From assembly GCA_051251915.1 (NCBI GenBank), contig JBPOGF010000005.1, positions 124,918 through 188,917 on the forward strand: a stretch of DNA of 64,000 bases, written 5' to 3'. The translations under genes were made by a program, and so were the position numbers. This DNA is from Akkermansiaceae bacterium (GTDB lineage: Bacteria > Verrucomicrobiota > Verrucomicrobiia > Verrucomicrobiales > Akkermansiaceae). The notes below the pieces were generated by a model. That model was not told the DNA's origin. It saw only the letters and a program-made list of their open reading frames with translations, and ran no database searches. Of this stretch, positions 45,829 through 55,108 are shown one piece after another; the stretch's first letter is position 1, and each line of letters begins with the position of its first letter.

Positions 45829-47322
45829 ATGGAAAAACAACCCGTCATACCTAAGCATTATTTACTGTCATTCATCCTCGTTACCATTCTATTTGCCCTT
45901 TGGGGCTTTGCGAATAACTTCACTGATCCCTTAGTCAAGGTATTCAAGGACGTTTTTGCTATCAGTAATGCGCAGTCATCTGTGGTTCAGATGGCATTCT
46001 ATGGTGGTTATGCTACTATGGCTATTCCTGCGGCGTTGTTCATCAGAAAATTTTCTTATAAGGCTGGTATTATTGTTGGTTTAACTCTCTTTGCCACAGG
46101 TGCCATGCTTTCTATTCCTGCGGCGAACATGGTTAATTTCTGGCTCTTTATTGTCGCGATTTATATTCTTACCTTCGGGCTGGCATTTCTTGAGACCACT
46201 GCAAACCCATACATTCTCTCCATGGGGCATGAGTCAACATCGACGCAGCGACTTAACCTGGCGCAGGCGTTTAACCCGATCGGGTCACTCTCAGGGGCAT
46301 TTATAGCAGCTTCATTTGTTCTTACAGGAATTCAGATTTCAGATTTCAAGAATGATGTTGACGGTTATAAAGAAGAGCTTTCAGTGGTGAAGACGGAGCA
46401 GGTAGAACTAGAGATTTTACCATTCCTAAAAGCGGAGCCAAGAGAGCGTAAGAATGATGAAGGTATTAAAGCATACGTCATAGAAAACACTGCAGAGGAA
46501 ACAAGTGTTGATGGCGCATTGGCAGATTTTCGTAATGGAAAAATCGATAGCTATCAAGGTCAGTCATTTAAGGAAATTCAGAAGCATGATCTTAATCTCG
46601 TTTCTACTACCTACATGAACTTAGGACTCGTTGTTCTGGGAGTTCTCGTCATCTTTATTATTAAGAAAATGCCTAGTTCTGAAGGCGAAGAGGGTGATCA
46701 TCACAGCCTCCATTTCAAGGATACTGTTGGCAGGCTATTCAGTAATCCACGGTATGTCTGGGGAGTTGTTGCGCAGATGTTCTACGTGGGTGCTCAGATT
46801 ATGGTTTGGACATTTATTTTTCACTACGCAGAAGCCATAGGGATGGATGGAGCGACGGCTGGTAAACACCAGTTAGCAGCTTTGGTTCTTTTCCTCGGAT
46901 TTAGATTTATCTGCACTGCATTCCTCAAGTATGTCTCACCAGGGTTACTACTAGGCGCGCTTTCTCTAGCAGGTGTCGGGTTCACGCTCGGTGCCATTTA
47001 CCTAGAAGGAATGACGGGACTTTACTCACTCATGCTTATCTCAGCTTGTATGTCACTCATGTTCCCTACCATTTATGGAATGGCGCTTGAAGGTGTAGGC
47101 CAAGATGCGAAGTTGGGTTCAGCTGGCCTCATCCTTGCTATTGTTGGAGCGGTATGGCTCACTGGATTCCAAGGAAAGATTCTTGATCTAGATACGTTCA
47201 TGGGAGTTAGCTCAGTAAGAGGTTCATTTTACCTCACGGTTGCTTGCTTCGTAATCATCGCCATCTATGGGTTTATGTTCCGTAAGCCACGCCCGCAGAT
47301 TAATCCGTTGGAAACTATCTAG
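45829..47322 (+). CDS. fucP: L-fucose:H+ symporter (MFS, FHS family)
   Basis: LFALWGFAN, QMAFYGGY, LETTANPY, RLNLAQAFNP, FYVGAQ and SLMFPTIY motifs. Confidence 0.9.
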   Translation: MEKQPVIPKHYLLSFILVTILFALWGFANNFTDPLVKVFKDVFAISNAQSSVVQMAFYGGYATMAIPAALFIRKFSYKAGIIVGLTLFATGAMLSIPAANMVNFWLFIVAIYILTFGLAFLETTANPYILSMGHESTSTQRLNLAQAFNPIGSLSGAFIAASFVLTGIQISDFKNDVDGYKEELSVVKTEQVELEILPFLKAEPRERKNDEGIKAYVIENTAEETSVDGALADFRNGKIDSYQGQSFKEIQKHDLNLVSTTYMNLGLVVLGVLVIFIIKKMPSSEGEEGDHHSLHFKDTVGRLFSNPRYVWGVVAQMFYVGAQIMVWTFIFHYAEAIGMDGATAGKHQLAALVLFLGFRFICTAFLKYVSPGLLLGALSLAGVGFTLGAIYLEGMTGLYSLMLISACMSLMFPTIYGMALEGVGQDAKLGSAGLILAIVGAVWLTGFQGKILDLDTFMGVSSVRGSFYLTVACFVIIAIYGFMFRKPRPQINPLETI

Positions 47323-47334
47323 TATATAAGCAGC

Positions 47335-48129
47335 ATGAATCTTAATTTAGCAGATAAGGTCGTCATCGTTACAGGCGGGGCGAAAGGCATTGGTGCAGGT
47401 TGCGTGGAAGTGTTTGCCGCAGAGGGGGCGATACCGGTTATCGTAGGTCGTTCGCCTCAGGTGGGAGAAGAGCTTCTTGCTACACTTGGTGAAGCGGGAG
47501 CAAAAGGTGCGGTCATAGAGGCCGAGCTTACTTCTGAGGTAGCTTGCAAAAATGCGATAGAAGCCACGCTTGAAAAGTATGGTCGTATTGATGGCATTGT
47601 TCACAATGCGGGTATCAATGATGGAGTAAGTCTTAGCGATTCGCCTGAGAGTTTCATGGCGTCGCTGCAGAAGAACATCTTCCATGTCTTCAGCCTGACT
47701 CACTATGCTTTAGAAGCGCTGAAGAAGAGCAAAGGGTTTATCATTAATGTTTCTTCAAAAGTAGCGGAGACTGGGCAAGGAGCAACTTCAGGATATGCGG
47801 CCTCTAAGGGGGCAATGAATGCGCTGACAAGAGAGTGGGCGCTCGATCTCGCTCAGTATTCGATACGTGTCAACACTGTGGTGCCGGCAGAAGTGATGAC
47901 TCCTCTTTATGAGAAATGGCTTAACACACTCGAAGATCCAGGCAAGGCGCTTCGCGAAATTGAGGCTCGCATCCCGTTTGAGAACCGCATGACGACTTCT
48001 CACGAGATTGCGAATGCAGTTGTCTTCCTCGCTTCAGATAGATCTGCGCACACGACAGGTCAGATTGTCTACCCTGACGGTGGTTATGTCCATTTTGATA
48101 GATCCTACGGAAGCGTAGAAAAGTCTTAG
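47335..48129 (+). CDS. SDR dehydrogenase, probable L-fucose dehydrogenase
   Basis: TGGAKGIG, NAGINDGV, GYAASKGA..ALTREWA, PAEVMTPLY and GGYVHFDR motifs. Confidence 0.8.
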   Translation: MNLNLADKVVIVTGGAKGIGAGCVEVFAAEGAIPVIVGRSPQVGEELLATLGEAGAKGAVIEAELTSEVACKNAIEATLEKYGRIDGIVHNAGINDGVSLSDSPESFMASLQKNIFHVFSLTHYALEALKKSKGFIINVSSKVAETGQGATSGYAASKGAMNALTREWALDLAQYSIRVNTVVPAEVMTPLYEKWLNTLEDPGKALREIEARIPFENRMTTSHEIANAVVFLASDRSAHTTGQIVYPDGGYVHFDRSYGSVEKS

Positions 48130-48149
48130 TTGCGTTCACCTTATTTTCC

Positions 48150-48884
48150 ATGATCAAACAGAATATATCAGCTGATAATGACTTTGTTCCTGTTGCGTTT
48201 GCAGCTGTGATCAATGACAAGGCTTGCTGTGAAGCTGCTGTTGTAGAGATTACTAACCAAGCAGAGGCGCTCAGTCATATGGGAGCTGACAATATTCACT
48301 TCCTTAGCCAGGAGATTGGAGCTGATGAGATTTTATTGGTTATCATGGATCTGAATCGTTTCGCACCATCCACGGAGCCGACAGAGGCATGGGAGTTCAT
48401 CACCCAATCACCTTCTCTGAAAGCCGGCTTTTCGTTGCTGGAAAGTTCGATTCGCCCTCACCAGCGACATGCCAATAGCTCGACTCAATTGTTATGGGTT
48501 CCAGCTGAGACCATTTGCAAGATTCGCCCTAATAATGCCTCGGCAGTGATAGAGTCAACCAGCTGGCATCACGCAGTCACTGGGCTGGAGGTAGAAAAAG
48601 AAGCTGAGTACCGGTTACTGCACGACAACGTTTGGCCGGGTGTGATCCACGCTATCGGAGCTTCTAACATTTCTCGCTTTGACGTCTTCCTCATCGAATT
48701 TGGAGATAATCAGCCTTACATTTTTTACCAGTTTCTCTATACGGGGATTGATTATGAAAATGACATGGCGGCTCAATCAGACTCACCGGTGAATCAGCGC
48801 TGGTGGAAATTCACTGATGCCTGCCAAAAGCCGCTACCTCAGGCCACTGAAGTAAGTCCATGGCTCGATATAAAAGCACTTTAA
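48150..48884 (+). CDS. L-rhamnose/L-fucose mutarotase (RhaM-type domain) with N-terminal extension
   Basis: C-terminal EYRLLHDNVWPGV...NI..F.VF and QRWW..T..CQ.P motifs. Confidence 0.8.
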   Translation: MIKQNISADNDFVPVAFAAVINDKACCEAAVVEITNQAEALSHMGADNIHFLSQEIGADEILLVIMDLNRFAPSTEPTEAWEFITQSPSLKAGFSLLESSIRPHQRHANSSTQLLWVPAETICKIRPNNASAVIESTSWHHAVTGLEVEKEAEYRLLHDNVWPGVIHAIGASNISRFDVFLIEFGDNQPYIFYQFLYTGIDYENDMAAQSDSPVNQRWWKFTDACQKPLPQATEVSPWLDIKAL

Positions 48885-48914
48885 AACATAAAACAACCAA
48901 ACTGATTTACGATT

Positions 48915-50066
48915 ATGAAAGAACATTTCAACTCAGAATACCCCTCAGTGGCGCATCTTATCGCTAAGGCTAAGAAGCGCATGCCTGGTTTCGCTTTTGA
49001 TTATTTGGCTGGTGGTTGCTTCTCAGAGGTGAATCTCAAGCGTAATAACGCAGACATCAGAGACGTGCAATTGAAGCCTTGGTATCTTAAAGATTTCCCG
49101 GGGGCATCACAAAAAACTGAGTTATTTGGTAAGACTTATGATGCGCCATTTGGGATGGCACCAGTAGGGCTACAGGGACTGATGTGGCCTAAGTCTTGCG
49201 AGTATTTGGCGCAGGCGGCCGTAGATCATAACATTCCGTTTTGTCTCTCTACAGTGGGCACTGCAAGCATAGAAACTATCAGTGAAATTACCAATGGAGA
49301 CTTCTGGTTCCAGCTTTACCATCCGGCAGAAGATGAGCTGAGGGATAAGTTGCTAGAGCGCGCTTGGGACGCAGGATGTAAGACATTAGTGATACTTGCT
49401 GACACTCCTACTTTTGCTTACCGCCCTAAAGAAATCCGTAACGGGCTTTCTATTCCTCCGCGCATGACGATGAGAAATATTTTCCAGATGTGCACGCACC
49501 CAACTTGGTCATTCAGTCAGCTATTCGCGGGTGCACCAGAGTTTAAGACGATGAAGGAATACATACCGAAAGGTCTTAATATGAAGCACCTTGCACAGTT
49601 CATGAATAAGACATTCTCCGGTAGGCTTAATGAAGCGAAAATTTCTGCCATCCGTGACAAATGGAAGGGTAATCTCGTGATCAAAGGAATTGTTAACCCA
49701 GAAGATGCGGAGATGACAGTAAGACTGGGACTGGATGGTCTCATTGTTTCTAACCACGGTGGGCGACAACTTGATAGGGGGCAGTCTACCATTAAGCCAC
49801 TTCAGGCATTGGTTCCTGAATTTAAGGGTAAGATTAAGATTCTTATGGATAGTGGGATTGAGTCTGGAGCTGACATCGCATCTACTCTAGCAAGTGGTGC
49901 TGACTTCACATTCCTTGGTAGAACACCAATGTACGGTATTGGTGCGATGGGGCAGTATGGTGGTCACCATACCTTCGAGATGCTCAAGAAGCAAATTCAG
50001 CAAGTGATGGAACAAGTTGCCTGTGAGAAAATTTCTGACTTCCCGAATCATTTGATTCAGGATTAA
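48915..50066 (+). CDS. FMN-dependent alpha-hydroxy acid dehydrogenase (L-lactate dehydrogenase-like)
   Basis: WFQLY, LVIKGI, VSNHGGRQLD and DSGI..G.D motifs. Confidence 0.88.
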   Translation: MKEHFNSEYPSVAHLIAKAKKRMPGFAFDYLAGGCFSEVNLKRNNADIRDVQLKPWYLKDFPGASQKTELFGKTYDAPFGMAPVGLQGLMWPKSCEYLAQAAVDHNIPFCLSTVGTASIETISEITNGDFWFQLYHPAEDELRDKLLERAWDAGCKTLVILADTPTFAYRPKEIRNGLSIPPRMTMRNIFQMCTHPTWSFSQLFAGAPEFKTMKEYIPKGLNMKHLAQFMNKTFSGRLNEAKISAIRDKWKGNLVIKGIVNPEDAEMTVRLGLDGLIVSNHGGRQLDRGQSTIKPLQALVPEFKGKIKILMDSGIESGADIASTLASGADFTFLGRTPMYGIGAMGQYGGHHTFEMLKKQIQQVMEQVACEKISDFPNHLIQD

Positions 50067-50170
50067 AAATCTTATTCAACGAAGCGTTTTTTTGGGGAGA
50101 GCTAAGAAAGTGCATAATCCTAGACGTGCAATGATGTATTAGCTAGTGTGGGTGCATACTCTATTTACCT

Positions 50171-51334
50171 ATGAAACCGCTCTTTGGAATATTCCTATTC
50201 TTTGCTCCATTTTCCCTACTCATGGTGAAAAGTGATGAGGCAAAAAACTTACCTGTAACTTGGAAAAAGCATACGATTGTGGATTACAAGAAGGGTGCTA
50301 ATACATCTGTGACGGCAGGGGACTATAATAACGATGGGAAGATTGATGTGATCTCTAGTTATGCGGGTGAGGTCATTCTTTTTACAGCACCAGATTGGAA
50401 ATCTACGGTGATTCATGAGTTAGAGAAAAAAGGGCAGAAGGCTATCTCATGTGTGAGTCTTGATGTGGATCAGGATGGGGATCTTGACTGGATAGGTGCT
50501 GATGCTCATGCTGGGGCGATCTGGCTAGAAAATCCATCTCAGGCAGGTGTTGAATGGAAAGCCCGAACTGTGAATGATAAGCTTGGTGGGATCCATTCAA
50601 TTATCTTGGCTGATGTCAATAATGACCAGAGGATGGATGTTCTTATCAATAATTTTAAAGACCAAGGTAAGCTGGCTCACTCTGCGATGTGGTATGAGGT
50701 CCCGGAGGACCCGCATGAGGGCGAGCCCTGGAAAGCAAATGTTTTTGCAGATGGTGATGCTCAGGGGGGGAATCATTATTTTGGCTTTGGTGACATCGAT
50801 GGTGATGGCTGGGGGGAGATAGCCCTGGGAGCAAAAGGGGCTCCATTCGAAAATGGTAATTGGTTCGCTTACTGGAAAAACCCAGGTGTTGAAGCAGTCA
50901 AGCAAGCGTGGCAAAAAGAGGTTTTGTTAGATAGAGAAGTGGGGGCTACTAATATTCTGATCAAGGATGTGAATGGAGATGGAAAGAATGATTTCATCTG
51001 TAGTAATGGACACGGGATTGGCATTTTCTGGTTGGAGGCGCCTAAATGGGATCGTCATAACATTGATCAAGAAATGGAATGTCCGCATAGTTTAACTGCG
51101 GCTGATTTCGATGGTGATGGAGATCTTGATGTGGCTAGTTGTGGGTTCAAATCTGAGAGGGTATCAGTCTATTATAATGAGGGTAATAGAAAGTTCAACA
51201 GGGTAGACATTGATGATAAACAGCAGTCTTATGACCTGCATTCTGTCGATATAGATGGAGATGGAGATCTTGACTTAATCAATGCAGGTAGAGGGACTTC
51301 TAATGTCGTTTGGTATGAGAATCCACAGAAGTAA
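50171..51334 (+). CDS. Secreted FG-GAP/VCBS repeat beta-propeller protein
   Basis: Multiple D.D.DGD.D repeats with W.EN/W.E motifs. Confidence 0.88.
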   Translation: MKPLFGIFLFFAPFSLLMVKSDEAKNLPVTWKKHTIVDYKKGANTSVTAGDYNNDGKIDVISSYAGEVILFTAPDWKSTVIHELEKKGQKAISCVSLDVDQDGDLDWIGADAHAGAIWLENPSQAGVEWKARTVNDKLGGIHSIILADVNNDQRMDVLINNFKDQGKLAHSAMWYEVPEDPHEGEPWKANVFADGDAQGGNHYFGFGDIDGDGWGEIALGAKGAPFENGNWFAYWKNPGVEAVKQAWQKEVLLDREVGATNILIKDVNGDGKNDFICSNGHGIGIFWLEAPKWDRHNIDQEMECPHSLTAADFDGDGDLDVASCGFKSERVSVYYNEGNRKFNRVDIDDKQQSYDLHSVDIDGDGDLDLINAGRGTSNVVWYENPQK

Positions 51335-51342
51335 ATTTAACT

Positions 51343-52197
51343 TTATTTGATCTTTTCTACTTCTACGATCACTTCCATTTGCGCGTCGCTGGTGCCTCGG
51401 TATGCCCCTTTGACAGGGGTTACGTCTAGGTAATCTCTGCCAACTGCTACTTTCACATAGCGGTCATCGGCCAGAGTGTTGTTGGTGGGGTCAAAGCCTA
51501 TCCAGCCTACGTAGGGTAGGTAAACTTCAATCCATGCATGGGATGCTTGTGCGCCCAATAGCTGGTCAGCGGGGCCATTGTAGAGGTAACCCGAGGCATA
51601 GCGAGCAGGGATACCTACGGCTCTGCAAAGGCCCAGCATCACATGAGCAAAGTCCTGGCAGACTCCCTTCTTCATGCTGAAGGCGTTTATCATGCTTGTA
51701 TCTACTAGAGTAGAGCCGGGTTTGTATTCAAAGTTCTTGTGGATCCAGGTCATCATCAGCATTGCTTGTTCGTAGATTGATGTGGAGCCCTGAGTGAGAT
51801 CAATCGCTAAACGCCAGATTTCTGGGTGGTGTTGAACCAAATGACTATCTTGCAAGTATAGCCAAGTTCGTTCTTTTATTTCAGGGTCGATGAGATCTTC
51901 AAGGCTGGCTTGGAGATTATCTTCAGGAAGATTTAGTGGTAGATTCTGAACTCTCAGGCGACTGTCGATTTCTAGCCTAGTATGTGGCTCTGGGATCTCG
52001 AAGTGATGGGTGACGTTTTGGAGTAGATCACTGAAGCATTGCATGCGAGTGGGAGGCATGACACGCACGGTTGAGCTGATAGTCTTTTGGTATTGAAAAG
52101 GCCGGGGTTGAAGGTGAATGGTATTCACGCTGTCCACCACTGGTGAAGCATAGGTGAAAATGGTTTTGTGAATTACCTGTAGTTTAGTTCCTGCCAT
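51343..52197 (-). CDS. Transglutaminase-like protein (bacterial N-terminal domain plus core)
   Basis: H.T.FTY; GVCQDFAH, PARYASGYL, ASHAW.E, GFDPTN and VGRDY.DV.P motifs. Confidence 0.92.
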   Translation of the reverse strand: MAGTKLQVIHKTIFTYASPVVDSVNTIHLQPRPFQYQKTISSTVRVMPPTRMQCFSDLLQNVTHHFEIPEPHTRLEIDSRLRVQNLPLNLPEDNLQASLEDLIDPEIKERTWLYLQDSHLVQHHPEIWRLAIDLTQGSTSIYEQAMLMMTWIHKNFEYKPGSTLVDTSMINAFSMKKGVCQDFAHVMLGLCRAVGIPARYASGYLYNGPADQLLGAQASHAWIEVYLPYVGWIGFDPTNNTLADDRYVKVAVGRDYLDVTPVKGAYRGTSDAQMEVIVEVEKIK

Positions 52198-52640
52198 AGT
52201 ATTTAATATTGATGGCGGAGTTGAATGAGTCACATAGGTTTCGATTGATTGTTAATCGATCGGCATTGAGTGAGGTCATTGTTGCTGTTGCTCCTGCCCT
52301 TGTTGAAGTTTAATAGCGCGTCCGCGTCTCGTTACATTGGTATCAATACTACAGTCTGCGCTTTTGATTGTGTGTGGGATGGGAGCTTGGGAAACAGTGG
52401 CTGCATTGCTATGTTTGAAGTCCTGTAACGGTTTTACCTGCAAAGCTCCTAACTCTTTGTCATCGCTATCAGAGGGCTGATATCCATTCATTAGTTTGCT
52501 CACAGTCGTTTTTGTATCAATGTCTAATATTACTGTAGCAGTTAGCCTGCCAGATTGCATCAATGAAAATTAAATTGGTTAAGTGGCAATGTTCATCTCA
52601 TTTACAACTTCGGTGTGTTACGCTTGTTGAATCCTTTATT

Positions 52641-54392
52641 ATGACTACAAATAAATACAGTGTGTATCAGCATGTTCTCAAGTTTAACCTAGTGTTGAGT
52701 TTATCTGCTGTGGGTCTGTATCAGTCAGTCAGCGCGCATGATATAGGGGGGCAAGACAGTGTCGATCACGGCCACGATCATCAGCAGGTGCTCGTTCAAG
52801 CTCGCCCTGAGCGAGCGCGTATCAAGAAGCCCGGGATCAAGGATACCGTTCGTGCGAATATCTATGCGGATAATTGGTTTATTCTTTATATTAATGGTGA
52901 GGTGGCAGCTGTGGATTCTATTCCGTTTATTCCGCATAATGTGATCTCGGTGGACTTGTTACCAGAATACCCGATGACAATTGCGGTGATGGCACGCGAT
53001 AATGCGGATGCCAAAACGGGGATGGAATACAATAATACCAAGATTGGCGATGGGGGCTTTATACTGAAATTTACTGATGGGACAGTGACAAATGCGACTT
53101 GGAAGGCAAAGAGTGTTTCACATGGTCCTATTGATTCGGATACCGCAAACCCCAAAGTGAGAAATGAGGTTATCCCGAAGAATTGGTTTGTAGTAGATTT
53201 TGATGACAGTAAGTGGCCAGCAGCAAAGGAGTTCACCGAGGAGGAGATCGATCCTAAGGAGCCTTTTTATGAAAATGATTTTAAAGGGGCGAAGTGGATC
53301 TGGAGCGATAGTCTTAAGCTAGATAATACCGTTCTATTTCGCACTGTGATTGCTACGCCTCCTAATGGTGCAGCGGTCGTTCCGGATTGGCCTCGTGGTC
53401 ACATTGTCCCATCTGAAACGACTGCGACTCCTCCTGAAGCGGGAGAGAGTGAAAGTGAGAAGCGGGTTTTAACTAAAGATTCGATTGAGGTGGCGCCCAT
53501 TCAGGCTGCGGCGTTTGCGCCTTTTTCTGATGATCTTATTATAGAGTGGGATGATCAATTTGCGTATATCGGAACCAATTCTTATCCGAACCATGCTATG
53601 ATGACGGGGGTTACGGCTTGGAATCAGCAGGTTCCCTTGCCTCAGAAATACTTTGGGGATAATGCGTGGAGATTGCCATTGGCGCCGAAGTTATCGGATA
53701 ATCCTGTGTCTGGTAAAAGTAGCCTTTTTAAAGGGGCTATCGCTGTAGCAGTCAATGGGGTGCCTATTTTTAATCCTATAAAGCAGGATGGGCGCACGGA
53801 TACGAATTTAGCGGGCGAGCTAGATAAGTTTGGTGGGCATGCGGGACGAGGAGATGATTACCATTATCATTTGCCTCCTACTTTTCTGAATAAGTTGGTG
53901 GGTGATCAACGGCCGATTGGCTTTGGTATGGATGGGTTTCCACTTTATGGATTTAACGAAGCTGATGGGACTCCAGCTAAGAATCTGGATGCTTATAATG
54001 GGCATGATCATGATGGCATAGGTTATCATTATCATTCTACAACAACTTACCCCTATCTCAATGGGGGGCTCAGAGGAGTGGTGGCGATGAAGGATGGTGA
54101 GGTGGCCTTGCAGCCTAGGGATCAGGCAGTGAGGGAGTTCACACGACCGCTGAGAGGGGCAACCATTACGGAATTTGAAAAACTAGATGGATTAGGTTAT
54201 TCGCTAACTTATAAGTTGGACGGCGAGGATTATGTGATCAAGGTTTCGCCTCAGGAGGATGGGAGTGCTAAGTTTGTTTTTATTGATCCAGATGGAACAA
54301 AGAATGAGCAGTTGTATAAGCCTATGACACGTCCGGAGAGGGGGCCAGATAGAGGAGAAGAAGGGCCTCCAAAAGAGCGAGATAGAGATTAG
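52641..54392 (+). CDS. Secreted YHYH domain protein with N-terminal lectin-like domain
   Basis: YADNWF.LYING and AKWIW N-terminal domain; GAIAVAVNGVPIFNP, GDDYHYH, DGFPLYG and GYHYHST motifs. Confidence 0.88.
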   Translation: MTTNKYSVYQHVLKFNLVLSLSAVGLYQSVSAHDIGGQDSVDHGHDHQQVLVQARPERARIKKPGIKDTVRANIYADNWFILYINGEVAAVDSIPFIPHNVISVDLLPEYPMTIAVMARDNADAKTGMEYNNTKIGDGGFILKFTDGTVTNATWKAKSVSHGPIDSDTANPKVRNEVIPKNWFVVDFDDSKWPAAKEFTEEEIDPKEPFYENDFKGAKWIWSDSLKLDNTVLFRTVIATPPNGAAVVPDWPRGHIVPSETTATPPEAGESESEKRVLTKDSIEVAPIQAAAFAPFSDDLIIEWDDQFAYIGTNSYPNHAMMTGVTAWNQQVPLPQKYFGDNAWRLPLAPKLSDNPVSGKSSLFKGAIAVAVNGVPIFNPIKQDGRTDTNLAGELDKFGGHAGRGDDYHYHLPPTFLNKLVGDQRPIGFGMDGFPLYGFNEADGTPAKNLDAYNGHDHDGIGYHYHSTTTYPYLNGGLRGVVAMKDGEVALQPRDQAVREFTRPLRGATITEFEKLDGLGYSLTYKLDGEDYVIKVSPQEDGSAKFVFIDPDGTKNEQLYKPMTRPERGPDRGEEGPPKERDRD

Positions 54393-54454
54393 TTTGTCTC
54401 AGTCGTTTAATAAAAAACGCAACTTATTGGGTCACAGTAGGTTTTATGCTCACT

Positions 54455-55039
54455 ATGAAAATAATACTTATATTCCTGGTTCTAGTTCATTCTGCCTTTG
54501 CGCAGAGAAATAAGATTGATAATGCTCCTAAAGTAGGAGACCCCATTCCGAAGGTGTCTGCTGTCAGTCTATCCGATAAAAAGGTGGTGGATTTATCGGC
54601 GCCCAAGAGGGCTACGGTGCTGATCTTTGGCTCGCATACCTGAGGTCCTTTCATGAGGCAGGCCGGGCGCCTGCAAGAGCTATACGTAAAACATGGAGAT
54701 AAAGCAGACTTCTGGTGGATCTACATTCAGGAGGCTCACGCCACTGATGGGCGCCGACCCAGCCAGGATGTGAAAATAGCACTTCACAAGACAATCGATG
54801 ACCGTAAAGCAGCCGCTACGAGTTGCTCCGCTGTTTCTCCACTGAAGGTTCCAGTATTAGTTGATACCATGGATGAGGCTGCTACTAAGGCATACTCAGC
54901 ACTGCCTGAAAGGTTTTTTATCCTCGGCACTGAGGGTAAGATGGTCTACTCAGGCAAACGCGGGCCACATGGTATCGACCTTGATGCGCTAGAAAAGAGC
55001 CTGATAGAATACACGGGCAAGAAGACTGAAGAGGAATAA
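54455..55039 (+). CDS. Iodothyronine deiodinase-like selenoprotein (TGA 54641-54643 = Sec); joins two listed ORFs
   Basis: In-frame ACC TGA GGT CCT TTC ATG gives IFGSHT-U-GPFM; downstream IYIQEAHATDG, VDTMD, YSALPER and GPHG match deiodinase motifs; signal peptide; alternative start 54446. Confidence 0.88.
54644..54676 (+). ncRNA. Candidate bacterial SECIS element
   Basis: GCAGGC (54658-63) / CGGGC loop / GCCTGC (54669-74); G-rich loop begins 20 nt after UGA. Confidence 0.65.
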
Positions 55040-55049
55040 GCTATACAAA

Positions 55050-55082
55050 AAAACCTTTACCCGGTGATCGGGTAAAGGTTTT
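55050..55082. terminator. Bidirectional intrinsic terminator
   Basis: AAAACCTTTACCCG-GTGAT-CGGGTAAAGGTTTT perfect inverted repeat between convergent genes. Confidence 0.9.
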
Positions 55083-55108
55083 GAAATGTGTTGGATTAGG
55101 CGTCTGAA

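Noticed and set aside
54653..55039. Independent 128-aa gene (and a separate 65-aa gene at 54446-54643)
   Set aside because: Both are better explained as halves of one UGA-recoded gene; each alone lacks a complete thioredoxin-like fold.
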